Source of the DNA: Minisyncoccota bacterium
Lineage (GTDB): Bacteria > Patescibacteriota > Minisyncoccia > Phycocordibacterales > JABAAK01
Reading direction: 5' to 3'
NCBI GenBank assembly: GCA_965216295.1
Contig: OZ244141.1
Coordinates: 161,819 to 225,818 of the forward strand
Length of the DNA stretch: 64,000 nt
Shown in pieces: positions 36,905 to 45,636 of the stretch. The translations under genes were made by a program, and so were the position numbers. The notes under the pieces are model-generated. The model was given only the letters and a program-made list of their open reading frames with translations, did not search any database and was not told the DNA's origin. Within the stretch, counting starts at the first letter, position 1; each line of letters starts with the position of its first letter.

Positions 36905-39900
36905 ATGGGGAACACCGAAAGGGACACACCACAAGAAGAGAAACAGACAAACCCAACCACACGACGAGAACTCGCAACGCTTGCCTTCTGGAAGAAAGAA
37001 AAACTGTTTGAAAAAAGCCAACGAGGGTTATCGCCAAAGGGTTGGTTTGCTACGGTACGAGAACGACTGTTTGGTAAACGTCGTTTTGTTTTTTATGACG
37101 GACCACCGTTTGCAACAGGACTTCCACACTATGGCCATCTTCTTGCCAGTGTTATCAAAGATGCCGTGCCACGGTATTGGACGATGCGTGGGTATCGTGT
37201 TGATCGACGATGGGGATGGGATTGTCACGGATTACCACTTGAAGTTGAAATTGAAAAGCGACTTGGGTTGCGCAACAAGAGAGAAATACAAGAGTACGGC
37301 ATTGATGCATTTAATGCACACGCTCGAGAAGCGATAGGGACGTATGAATCTGAGTGGAAGAAGGTGATTGCTCGGATAGGGCGTTGGGTGGATATGGAAA
37401 ATGACTACAAGACAGTGACGACTGATTACATTGAATCGGTATGGCACATCTTTCATACTCTACACACACGTGGCTGTGTCTACCAGGGGCGTAAGGTGTT
37501 GCACTTTTGTCCACGGTGCAGTACAACCCTTTCTAATAACGAGGTGGCTGACTGTTATCAGGACACAGACGACACGGCTGTCTATGTTACATTTCCACTA
37601 ACAGACGATCCTACAACACACTTTGTTGCATGGACCACGACTCCGTGGACACTCTTTGGCAACGCTGCACTGGTAGTTCATAAGGATCTTTCGTATGCCT
37701 ATGTGAAAAAAGGAGAAAACCGCTTTATCGTCCACGAGAAACAAGCACACGTAATTGCCAATGGTACTGTTGAGAAAGTTGTCTCAGGGGATACTTTGGT
37801 TGGTCTTTCATACACACCACTCTACAAAGGTGTTTACACTGGAGAAGAATCAGGCACTTGGAAAGTCTATCACGCACCATTTGTTGATGCTGAAACAGGG
37901 ACTGGTATTGTCCACATTGCTCCCGCATACGGTGAAGATGATCTTCAAGTAGCGCGGAAACACCATCTTCCTGTGACGCATCACATTGATGAAAACGGAC
38001 AGTTTATGGATTCAGTGCAGGAGCTTGTTGGGCAGTCTCCAAAAAGTAAAGGAAGGGATGAAGAGGTGACACAAAAGATTATTACCGTTTTAAATCGTCA
38101 TGGACGGATATTGAAAGAAGAGGTTATGCAACACAGCTATCCGTTCTGTTGGCGATGTGACACACCATTGCTTCACTACGCGACCACCTCCTGGTTTATC
38201 GATGTTCCCAAGTATCGAAACGCCATGGTCGCTGCAAACAAGAATATTCGTTGGGTACCAAGTCACATACGAGACGGTCGTTTTGGTAACTGGGTTGCCA
38301 ATGCAAAAGAGTGGGCTGTCTCTCGTCCACGTTTTTGGGGTGCCCCAATTCCTGCATGGAAAAGTGCATCTGGCAAACACCTCATTATCGATTCTTTAGA
38401 AACCATGATGAACCACATGCGTTCAAAGAATACCTATATTTTTGTCAGACATGGGGAGTGTCAAGGAAACGAGGAAGGGTATTACAACTGTCTTCCAAAC
38501 GAAAAAAACATACTCACCAAACGAGGAAGAAGGCAGGCCTTTGTCGCTGGGCAGAAACTAAAAGCACACAATCCAACGATGATTATCGCTTCTCCTGCAA
38601 CGAGAACACGGCAGACAGCAGCGATTATACAAGAGACATTAGAAGTACCGGTACGAGAAGACCCTGCTGTGTGTGAAATACAAGCACCGTTTTTTGATGG
38701 CAAGTCGATAACAAAATTTGTTACCACAATGCGAGAGCGGGTGAAACAAGATGGTATCGAAGGAGCACCTTCGGGTGGTGAGTCATATGTAGCAGTGTAT
38801 TGTCGTGTTGAAAAGTTTTTACGCACCCTTGAACAAACACACACAGGAGAGACCATTGTTATCGTGACACACAAGTCATGTGTGACAGCAGCAAAGATGA
38901 TAGCTGCTGGTCGCTATCCGAATACATCATTCTATCTTTCTAGTGAGTCTCGTAAACCTCTGTGGCGTATTCCAAACTGTGAGGTTGCTCAGATTCCATA
39001 CCGTCTCGTCCATCGCGATGCAGACGGCGCCGTTGATCTTCACCGTCCCTTTATTGATACGGTAGTACTCTATGACAGTGATGGTGAATCGTATCACCAT
39101 GTCGGTTCGGTGTTTGATTGTTGGTTTGAGTCAGGTTCAATGCCATATGCATCAAACCACTATCCATTTGCCTTGCGAGAGACAAAGAGTGTGTTTAATC
39201 CAAAGACAAAAACAGGATTCCCTGCAGACTTTATCGCTGAAGGGTTAGATCAGACACGCGGATGGTTTTATAATCTTCTTGCTATTGGTGTTGGTGCCTT
39301 TGATGTTGCTCCGTATAAAAATGTTGTTGTCTTTGGTCTTATTCGCGCTGCCGATGGAAAAAAGATGAGTAAACGGCTCAAAAACTATACCGACCCAAAC
39401 CTACTTATCGATCGCTATGGAGCAGATGCGCTCCGCCACTACTTCCTTGCTTCACCAGTTGTTCGTGGTGAAGATATTGATTTCAAAGACGACAGTGTTG
39501 CTGAAATTCATCGTAAGGTATATCTTCGGCTTGATAACTGTCTTCATTTCTATACCACCTACAGCACCCTTCCACACCAAAGAAGAACTGAAGGTACATC
39601 ACAGAGTACCCATCTTTTGGATAGATTTATCCTTTCACGAGTTGCTGACATGCATCGACAGGTGAGTCGTGGTTTTTCAAACTATGAACTTGATGGAGCA
39701 ACTAGTGCCATCGCTCCATTCATTGAAGATCTCTCTGCGTGGTATCTTCGTCGTTCCCGTGATCGTCTTCGTTCAGAGACAGCTGATGGTGTAGCTGCTC
39801 GTGAAACACTTTGGAGAACACTCTTTATCACTGCAAAAACGATTGCACCAATTGCACCGCTGTATGCTGAACACCTTTACCAGGCACTTGGTGTCAAAGG

Positions 39901-40435
39901 CGGTCCAGACAGTGTCCATCTCTGTCACTGGGAAGAGGAGATGCCCATTGATCGGGGTGTTATTGAAAAGACGGAAACTATTCGTTCGATTGTTTCAAAA
40001 GCACACGAACAACGTTCATCAGCGGGCATTAAAGTACGGCAACCGCTTGCTCTTTTGGAGGTTCCTACAACACTGCGCCTCGATTCTGATACCAAAACAC
40101 TTCTACAAGATGAGGTGAATGTGAAGGAAGTGCGACACGGAAAACAGACTGCACTTGATATCACGATAACGCAAGCACTGCAGAGTGAGGGATTTGCACG
40201 GGAGTTTATTCGTAAAGTACAAGATCTTCGAAAAGAGTTAGCGTACAAACCGCTTGATCACATTGCGACACTCACCATCGCAGGACCGTCTGTGGTGATA
40301 GAGCAGCTGCGACAACACGAGACACTCATTGCAACCATAACAAGAGCAAAAGGCATATCGTATGCACCAACTGCCAAACACACCTTCTCTCTTAATGATC
40401 TTCTCGTCAGTGTTTCGCTTGAGCAAGGGAGGTAG
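36905..40435 (+). CDS. ileS: Isoleucine--tRNA ligase with an inserted histidine-phosphatase (PGAM-like) domain (~residues 495-680) in place of the zinc-knuckle segment
   Basis: HIGH 'PHYGHLLASV' and KMSKS 'KMSKRLKNY', with a CP1 editing region. 'RFWGAPIPAW' and 'DLHRPFID...DCWFESGS' are separated by a ~200-aa block carrying 'IFVRHGECQGN' (RHG catalytic motif) and 'VIVTHKSCV', the second His of the histidine phosphatase superfamily. Total 1176 aa. Confidence 0.85.
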   Translation: MGNTERDTPQEEKQTNPTTRRELATLAFWKKEKLFEKSQRGLSPKGWFATVRERLFGKRRFVFYDGPPFATGLPHYGHLLASVIKDAVPRYWTMRGYRVDRRWGWDCHGLPLEVEIEKRLGLRNKREIQEYGIDAFNAHAREAIGTYESEWKKVIARIGRWVDMENDYKTVTTDYIESVWHIFHTLHTRGCVYQGRKVLHFCPRCSTTLSNNEVADCYQDTDDTAVYVTFPLTDDPTTHFVAWTTTPWTLFGNAALVVHKDLSYAYVKKGENRFIVHEKQAHVIANGTVEKVVSGDTLVGLSYTPLYKGVYTGEESGTWKVYHAPFVDAETGTGIVHIAPAYGEDDLQVARKHHLPVTHHIDENGQFMDSVQELVGQSPKSKGRDEEVTQKIITVLNRHGRILKEEVMQHSYPFCWRCDTPLLHYATTSWFIDVPKYRNAMVAANKNIRWVPSHIRDGRFGNWVANAKEWAVSRPRFWGAPIPAWKSASGKHLIIDSLETMMNHMRSKNTYIFVRHGECQGNEEGYYNCLPNEKNILTKRGRRQAFVAGQKLKAHNPTMIIASPATRTRQTAAIIQETLEVPVREDPAVCEIQAPFFDGKSITKFVTTMRERVKQDGIEGAPSGGESYVAVYCRVEKFLRTLEQTHTGETIVIVTHKSCVTAAKMIAAGRYPNTSFYLSSESRKPLWRIPNCEVAQIPYRLVHRDADGAVDLHRPFIDTVVLYDSDGESYHHVGSVFDCWFESGSMPYASNHYPFALRETKSVFNPKTKTGFPADFIAEGLDQTRGWFYNLLAIGVGAFDVAPYKNVVVFGLIRAADGKKMSKRLKNYTDPNLLIDRYGADALRHYFLASPVVRGEDIDFKDDSVAEIHRKVYLRLDNCLHFYTTYSTLPHQRRTEGTSQSTHLLDRFILSRVADMHRQVSRGFSNYELDGATSAIAPFIEDLSAWYLRRSRDRLRSETADGVAARETLWRTLFITAKTIAPIAPLYAEHLYQALGVKGGPDSVHLCHWEEEMPIDRGVIEKTETIRSIVSKAHEQRSSAGIKVRQPLALLEVPTTLRLDSDTKTLLQDEVNVKEVRHGKQTALDITITQALQSEGFAREFIRKVQDLRKELAYKPLDHIATLTIAGPSVVIEQLRQHETLIATITRAKGISYAPTAKHTFSLNDLLVSVSLEQGR

Positions 40436-40444
40436 TGTCTACAT

Positions 40445-41044
40445 ATGGGAAACGGCTACAGTATCGTGACAACGAAAGCGTTCGTTTTGAAAACCAAACC
40501 AATCGGTGAGGCAGATCGACTTGTTGTTCTTTTCTCTCAAAAGCTCGGTAAAATTACTATCTATGCCAAGAGTGTTCGGCTTGGCAAGAGCAAACTCAAA
40601 CCATTTGCCTATCCATACCGTTACGGTATCTTTGACATCATCGTTGGTAAAAAGTACATTCTCAAAGATGCTCGGTGCCTTGATTGTTTTGATGAGATAT
40701 GGCGCAATCAGAATCGTTACGGTATCTTTGTTTCTCTCCTCCGTAATGTTGATATGTTCATTGAAGGAGTAGAGGTAAACACAAACATTTTTGATAGTAT
40801 TGAAAAAACTACCACCTATCTGCAACAGCAACCTGTCTCCCAACTTGCCGCACAGCACACACCGATTGTTACTGTGTTTCAATTTTTGGTACTTCAAGAA
40901 CTCGGTTGTGTTGATTGGGGAAATAGCATAGGGATGTCTTTTTTGCAATTGGTAACTGAGGTAGCGACACGAACAGCAACTGGCAGGTACCTTGAAGAAC
41001 AGGTGAATGCTTATCTACTAACACAACACGTTGGAGGACGGTAG
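40445..41044 (+). CDS. recO: DNA repair protein RecO
   Basis: N-terminal OB-fold 'AFVLKTKPIGEADRLVVLFSQKLGKITIYAKSVRLGKSKL'. Confidence 0.75.
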   Translation: MGNGYSIVTTKAFVLKTKPIGEADRLVVLFSQKLGKITIYAKSVRLGKSKLKPFAYPYRYGIFDIIVGKKYILKDARCLDCFDEIWRNQNRYGIFVSLLRNVDMFIEGVEVNTNIFDSIEKTTTYLQQQPVSQLAAQHTPIVTVFQFLVLQELGCVDWGNSIGMSFLQLVTEVATRTATGRYLEEQVNAYLLTQHVGGR

Positions 41045-41070
41045 AAAAAGGACAACCATATCTTTACATA

Positions 41071-41099
41071 TTGTGTTTTTGGTGTTGTTGTGTTATCAT
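41071..41099 (+). promoter_or_regulatory. Putative sigma70-type promoter (TTGTGT-N17-TATCAT) heading a ~350-nt non-coding unit that ends at the 41427-41455 terminator
   Basis: Hexamers and spacing read from the sequence. No convincing ORF follows; only TTG-start or two-codon ORFs. Confidence 0.35.
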
Positions 41100-41426
41100 T
41101 TATTGGAGGGTTAGTGGTGAATGTTGTGATTGAATCTGTGTGTCATTTTTTATGGTTCGGATGTAATAGTTCGAAAGGGGTGTAATGACACCTTGTATTT
41201 GTTTGCGAATGAAAAGGGACGAAGTTTTTTCTTTATTGAGATTTTCTTGGTTACCTTTCTTAGTGAGCAATGGATGATGTGGAGCAGTTTTTTCTCTTTT
41301 CCTACCCGGCATGGTTTGAGAGTTCTGTGGGAATGATTTTGTATCCATTAGATTTAGATTTAAATGAGACTTTGCCAGAGTCTTTAGCTTTAGCGAACCC
41401 CACACTGTTCGCCTGACCCCTCTTTG

Positions 41427-41455
41427 GTGGCACGATTCGCGTCGTGCCACTTTTT
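41427..41455 (+). terminator. Rho-independent terminator (GTGGCACGA-TTCGCG-TCGTGCCAC-TTTTT)
   Basis: Perfect 9-bp stem plus a U-tract. Confidence 0.65.
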
Positions 41456-41541
41456 ATTCTCGTGAGTTTCAACAAAAAAGACCAAATTATATAGTATATA
41501 TACAGATTTTATATGTACTTCTCTGTTTTCTATATGGTTAG

Positions 41542-41570
41542 TTGACAAGTTAGATGTAGTATGGTAGTAT
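41542..41570 (+). promoter_or_regulatory. Near-consensus sigma70 promoter P1 (TTGACA-N17-TAGTAT)
   Basis: Exact -35 consensus with a 17-nt spacer, repeated identically in P2, P4 and P5. Confidence 0.6.
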
Positions 41571-41576
41571 ATACAC

Positions 41577-41870
41577 AGTTGCTAAACAGATGCTTATAGC
41601 ATATTGATTTGGTAACAGTACAGAATATATAGATTACCGGGTGGAATAGAGGGGTAGTTAAGAAATGTATTAAAACACAATAATATAAAATTGACGTGCA
41701 AGAAATTGTGTAGTCAAGAGTTTGTATTGAGAGATGGTTACTGCTGTGGTGGCGTAGTTATTTTTAGGTTTTGATATATAGAATTTTTCATAGTTGAAAT
41801 ATTCGGCTACCCTTTTAGCCCCATTAAACGAAGGAATCCAAAAGGACAGCACACAATGCTGTCCTTTTTT
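41577..41870 (+). ncRNA. Putative structured sRNA, unit 1 (~295 nt), family A
   Basis: Promoter P1 to terminator T1 with no ORF over 8 codons. Conserved 5' 60 nt are shared with units 2 and 4. 'GGGTAG...CTACCC' long-range complementarity covaries with unit 2. Confidence 0.4.
41840..41870 (+). terminator. Terminator T1 (AAAAGGACAGCA-CACAA-TGCTGTCC-TTTTTT)
   Basis: Perfect 8-bp stem plus a U6 tract. The upstream A-tract makes it bidirectional. Confidence 0.7.
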
Positions 41871-41973
41871 CATGCAGTGGTGAGAAGTATTTGTGAGATC
41901 TAACCATATGTAATACACCACATTCCAGAATATACAAGGATTTTCAACACATTGCTATCCTCCTAAGAGGGGG

Positions 41974-42002
41974 GTTGACAAGTTAGATGTAGTATGGTAG
42001 TA
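41974..42002 (+). promoter_or_regulatory. Promoter P2 (TTGACA-N17-TAGTAT), preceded by the palindromic box CCTCCTAAGAGGGG
   Basis: Identical to P1. Confidence 0.6.
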
Positions 42003-42008
42003 TATACA

Positions 42009-42301
42009 CAGTTGCTAAACAGATGCTTATAGCATATTGATTTGGTAACAGTACAGAATATATAGATTGCCGGGTAGAAAAAGAAGGGTAGTTAGGAGGT
42101 ATATTAAAACACAACAGCAAATATTGACGTGCAAAAATAGAGTGCGGTCAAGAGTTATGTTGAGAGATGATTACGGCTGTGGCGGCGGTAGTTATTTTTA
42201 GGTTTTGATATATAGAGTTTTTCATAAGAGAGACTCACTACCCTTTGGGCCCCATTAAACGAAGGAATCCAAAAGGACAGCACACAATGCTGTCCTTTTT
42301 T
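42009..42301 (+). ncRNA. Putative structured sRNA, unit 2 (~293 nt), family A
   Basis: About 85% identical to unit 1, with the same promoter and terminator. Confidence 0.4.
42271..42301 (+). terminator. Terminator T2 (same hairpin as T1)
   Basis: Identical stem-loop and U-tract. Confidence 0.7.
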
Positions 42302-42404
42302 CATGCAGTGGTGAGAAGTATTTGTGAGATCTAACCATATGTAATACACCACATTCCAGAATATACAAGGATTTTCAACACATTGCTATCTTCCTAGGAG
42401 GGGG

Positions 42405-42433
42405 TTGACAAGCTACACGTAATATGGCAAACT
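42405..42433 (+). promoter_or_regulatory. Degenerate promoter P3: TTGACA retained, -10 mutated to CAAACT
   Basis: Same position in the cassette as the other promoters, but the -10 hexamer is lost. Confidence 0.3.
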
Positions 42434-42439
42434 ATACAC

Positions 42440-42665
42440 AGTTACTGATACTGATATCGTAACAACTCAAACAGTAAGTTTGAGCTTCACTGAGAGATGG
42501 GTACGAGGGGCAGTGCGTAACGCTGTCCCTCTTCCCTCTTTGATTAAAAAAACGTTGAGACATAAGATTTAGTGTTTGGTATTGATTGCACATACACGAT
42601 CTCAATTATCCTTCCACTTTTAGTGAAGGAATCCAAAAGGACAGCACACAATGCTGTCCTTTTTT
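42440..42665 (+). ncRNA. Putative sRNA, unit 3 (~225 nt), family B. Its 3' half is shared with unit 4. Possibly weakly expressed or a pseudo-unit
   Basis: Shares 'TTAAAAAAACGTTGAGA.ATAAG.TTTTAGTGTTTGGT.TTGATTG...TCCTTCCACTTTTAGTGAAGGAAT' with unit 4. The terminator T3 is intact. Confidence 0.3.
42635..42665 (+). terminator. Terminator T3 (same hairpin as T1)
   Basis: Identical stem-loop. Confidence 0.7.
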
Positions 42666-42769
42666 CATGCAGTGGTGAGAAGTATTTGTGAGATCTAACC
42701 ATATGTAATACACCACATTTCAGAATATACAAGGATTTTCAACACATTGCTATCTTCCTAGGAGGGGGG

Positions 42770-42798
42770 TTGACAAGTTAGATGTAGTATGGTAGTAT
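42770..42798 (+). promoter_or_regulatory. Promoter P4 (TTGACA-N17-TAGTAT), preceded by CTTCCTAGGAGGGGGG
   Basis: Identical hexamers and spacing. Confidence 0.6.
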
Positions 42799-42804
42799 AT
42801 ACAC

Positions 42805-43207
42805 AGTTGCTAAACAGATGCTTATAGCATATTGATTTGGTATACGTAGAATTACAAAAGAATGTCGGGTGGGATAAGGATGATTGAAAAAATATATTGA
42901 AACGAGGGCAAATTGACAGACATGCAGTGATAAAAAGCAGGACGTAATAGTTCGAAATATGTGTAGTGCAAATTACATAGTATGGTAGCGTAAATTACAG
43001 GAAGCAGTCGAATTTGTTTTAAGATAATGGCAATTGTCTTATTAACTATATTAAAAAAACGTTGAGATATAAGGTTTTAGTGTTTGGTGTTGATTGATAT
43101 CTTGCCACACAATTGGTGAGTATTGATTGCACATACACAGGCCTCAATCGTCCTTCCACTTTTAGTGAAGGAATTCAAAAAGACAGCATACAGTGCTGTC
43201 TTTTTTT
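42805..43207 (+). ncRNA. Putative structured sRNA, unit 4 (~400 nt). Its 5' end matches family A and its 3' end matches family B
   Basis: A chimeric arrangement of the conserved blocks. The terminator carries a compensatory stem change. Confidence 0.4.
43177..43207 (+). terminator. Terminator T4, a variant hairpin AGACAGCA-TACAG-TGCTGTCT-TTTTTTT
   Basis: Relative to T1-T3, G->A on the 5' arm is matched by C->T on the 3' arm. That compensatory pair preserves the stem. Confidence 0.7.
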
Positions 43208-43295
43208 CATGCAGTGGTGAGAAATGTTTGTGAGATCTAACCATATGTAATACACCACATTCCAGAATATGCAAGGATTTTCAACACATTGCTAC

Positions 43296-43311
43296 CCTCC
43301 TAGGAGGGGGG
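43296..43311 (+). promoter_or_regulatory. Perfect 14-bp palindrome CCCTCCTAGGAGGG abutting the -35 of P5; imperfect copies sit ahead of P2 and P4. Candidate operator
   Basis: Dyad symmetry read directly. Conserved position immediately 5' of TTGACA. Confidence 0.35.
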
Positions 43312-43340
43312 TTGACAAGTTAGATGTAGTATGGTAGTAT
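43312..43340 (+). promoter_or_regulatory. Promoter P5 (TTGACA-N17-TAGTAT)
   Basis: Identical to P1. Confidence 0.6.
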
Positions 43341-43346
43341 ATACAC

Positions 43347-43694
43347 AGTTGCTGAATTGATTGTAATGTTGCGTTTCATTCATATTGTTCTGAGGCGGTT
43401 GAGGTATAATATGGAGAGAGACGAGAAAACAACATTCTCATTTGGCATAACGTGCGGTAGCGTGGACAGCGCGTAAAAGAAGGGCAGAGTGTCTACATAC
43501 GATCAGAGCTATAGAAGAGTGGGCTTCTTCTATAATGCGTAAAACTGTGTACAGAGTAACGAGTCGGTTGGACGTTACTTTGAAGTGTGTGGTAAAAGAT
43601 AATATAGAGATTTAAAAGATCCTCTATCCTATCAAACTCTGCCTTGCTCAAAGGCAAAAATAATTATAAGGACAGCATATATGCTGTCCTTTTT
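43347..43694 (+). ncRNA. Putative sRNA, unit 5 (~350 nt), with a divergent body. It ends 56 nt before the 43751 CDS, so it could alternatively be a long regulatory leader
   Basis: Promoter P5 to terminator T5, with no ORF. The gene at 43751 has no recognisable promoter of its own in the 56-nt gap. Confidence 0.35.
43667..43694 (+). terminator. Terminator T5 (AAGGACAGCATAT-ATGCTGTCC-TTTTTT)
   Basis: Palindromic 9-10-bp stem plus a U6 tract. Confidence 0.65.
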
Positions 43695-43750
43695 TCATGC
43701 AGTGAGAAACACCCTCGGAGTCTTATTATGTTTGGTACACTGTCACAGGT

Positions 43751-45625
43751 ATGCGATTGCGAGATGTAGATAGAAACTTGAACTACGACAAGTCAAAAAA
43801 AGTTGCTCAACAGAAGAGGCGATTAAGTCCGCGCAAGACAGCAATTTCTACTTCATGGCATAGGACACAAGAAAAAACACCAGGTTCAAAATTGTTGGGA
43901 CTCATACTTCTTTTAGCAGTCACTTTTTTTTCCATAGCCGTTGTTGTTGCCATTTTTATACAAATTGCTGGTTTGGATAAATCTATTTCACCATCAAAGA
44001 TAAATATCATCGTTCAGGGACCAATCACTGCAGTCAGTGATGAGGACATACCATTGATAATACGAGTGGTCAATCGTAACTCGGTTACTCTGGAGGTGCC
44101 AAAATTAATTGTTGATTATCCAGACGGCACATATACCAGTACTAGCAAATCAAACCCTTTGCGAACACAAGAAATTCCACTTGATGATATTGAGAGTAAT
44201 GGGTTTGTTGAACATCTATTCAATCAGCGATTTTTTGGAGAAGAGGGTGAAGAAAAAAACCTCAAGTTGACACTAGAGTATCGTGTTCCAGGATCATATT
44301 CTGTCTATCGTTCAGAAACAACAGTACACACCATCGCATTGCGAGGTGACACTGTTTCAATTACCAAACCATCCCTTACTCGTGCCGTCTCTGGCAAAGA
44401 GTTGAAGATTTCCTTTAGTGTGACATCTCGAGTGAGTTTCACACTCCCTTCTGTCGTTGTTCGTGTACGGTACCCCGCTGGTTTCGTACCATTGCAAGAG
44501 TCAACAGATGCGGTGAAGACGGCGTGGACCTTTACTGACTTCCCCGGAGGTGCGACTAAAAATATACAAGTTACAGGAATTATTCGTGGTGAGCCAGGTG
44601 TGCGACAAACGTTTGTCGCTGAAGTATTTGCATCCCCAGCTATCAAGGATGTGAATGCCGTTCGTGTTGCCAAGCAAAGTGAAGAGATTCTCATTGAAAA
44701 ATCATTTCTTCGTGCAACAGTTCTTCTAGATGATTCTGAAAATGATACAATTGTCGTTTCACCCAAAGATACTGTTTCGGGCACAATACGGTGGCAAAAC
44801 GAAGAGACAACAGCGCTAAAAAACGTCACCTTGGTGGCAACAATAACAGGAACGGGATTGGATGAAAGTAGCGTTACAGTGATAAATGGCCATTATGATA
44901 TTAATAACAGTCAGATAGTGTGGGATCAAACGAAGTACAAAGAGTTTTTAAGCATCAATCCTAACCAATTTGGCGAACTATCATTTTCTTTCAAAATACT
45001 TCCCTCACGGATAGAGTTTGCGTCGGAGAATAAATACGTTACTGTATCAATCTCTGCGATGGCTAACAGGGTAGGTTATGATTTTGTTGATAGCATTAGT
45101 GATATAGAGGAGAAGACGGTGAGGGTACGAAGTGCCGTTCAGATAAGTAGTACGACTCTCCATGAAACAAGTCGTGTAGCAAATGCAGGTTCTCTACCAC
45201 CACGGGTTGGTCAAGAGACAACATATGTTCTGCATTATTTCATCAAGAACGACGGTAATATACTCAGCGATGCAGTGCTCACCATACCGCTTTCCAATCA
45301 CGTTACTTTCACTGGTGTGGTAGATGGTGTGAGTACAAAAAACTTTCAATACAACACAGACAAACACACCATTACTATTACGATTCCTCAGATAGATGCC
45401 TTCGGCACGAATGCGAGTAGTTCTGTTGAAGTACAAGTGAGTCTCATACCAAAGAGTACTGATGTTGGTCATGAAGTTCCTTTGGTAGGGAAGGCAACAT
45501 TCATTGCACAAGATGAGTTTGTTAACAGAAAGTATCAAGGCACATTCTCAGAACTTACCACCCGTCTGACAACCGAATCAAATAATAGAGAAACCCGTTT
45601 GGTTCAAGAAGCAGAAGGGGGATAA
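43751..45625 (+). CDS. Membrane-anchored (single N-terminal TM) large extracytoplasmic protein, function unknown
   Basis: Basic cytoplasmic N-tail, TM 'LLGLILLLAVTFFSIAVVVAIFI', then ~550 aa of beta-rich sequence with no recognisable catalytic motif. Confidence 0.5.
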   Translation: MRLRDVDRNLNYDKSKKVAQQKRRLSPRKTAISTSWHRTQEKTPGSKLLGLILLLAVTFFSIAVVVAIFIQIAGLDKSISPSKINIIVQGPITAVSDEDIPLIIRVVNRNSVTLEVPKLIVDYPDGTYTSTSKSNPLRTQEIPLDDIESNGFVEHLFNQRFFGEEGEEKNLKLTLEYRVPGSYSVYRSETTVHTIALRGDTVSITKPSLTRAVSGKELKISFSVTSRVSFTLPSVVVRVRYPAGFVPLQESTDAVKTAWTFTDFPGGATKNIQVTGIIRGEPGVRQTFVAEVFASPAIKDVNAVRVAKQSEEILIEKSFLRATVLLDDSENDTIVVSPKDTVSGTIRWQNEETTALKNVTLVATITGTGLDESSVTVINGHYDINNSQIVWDQTKYKEFLSINPNQFGELSFSFKILPSRIEFASENKYVTVSISAMANRVGYDFVDSISDIEEKTVRVRSAVQISSTTLHETSRVANAGSLPPRVGQETTYVLHYFIKNDGNILSDAVLTIPLSNHVTFTGVVDGVSTKNFQYNTDKHTITITIPQIDAFGTNASSSVEVQVSLIPKSTDVGHEVPLVGKATFIAQDEFVNRKYQGTFSELTTRLTTESNNRETRLVQEAEGG

Positions 45626-45636
45626 GAAATATTCGT

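Larger units (their letters stand above)
41537..43360 (+). repeat. Tandem array of five ~430-bp paralogous promoter-to-terminator cassettes with conserved ends and variable middles
   Basis: Promoter blocks recur at 41542, 41974, 42405 (degenerate), 42770 and 43312. Terminator hairpins recur at 41840, 42271, 42635, 43177 and 43667. Confidence 0.85.

Noticed and set aside
41670-43274. Minus-strand ORFs in the repeat array (41670..41921, 42155..42352, 42544..42732, 43077..43274) with near-identical N-termini (MVYYIWLDLTNTSHHCMKKGQHCVLSFWIPSFNGA...; MYILKCGVLHMVRSHKYFSPLHEK...)
   Set aside because: They are read through the conserved terminator hairpin and promoter DNA of the cassette, so their similarity simply mirrors the DNA repeat. 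They lack RBSs, diverge or terminate where the cassette bodies diverge, and would be antisense to strong promoters.
41050-43750. Possibility that the non-coding tract hides tmRNA, SRP RNA, RNase P RNA or 6S RNA
   Set aside because: I looked for the hallmark motifs and found none in convincing context. These are the tmRNA tag ORF ending ...AA-stop with a tRNA-like 3' end, the SRP domain IV GGAAGCAGCC hairpin and RNase P 'AGGAAAGUCCGGGCUCC'. An 'AGGAAGCAG' in unit 4 has no hairpin context. This is left as unknown family.
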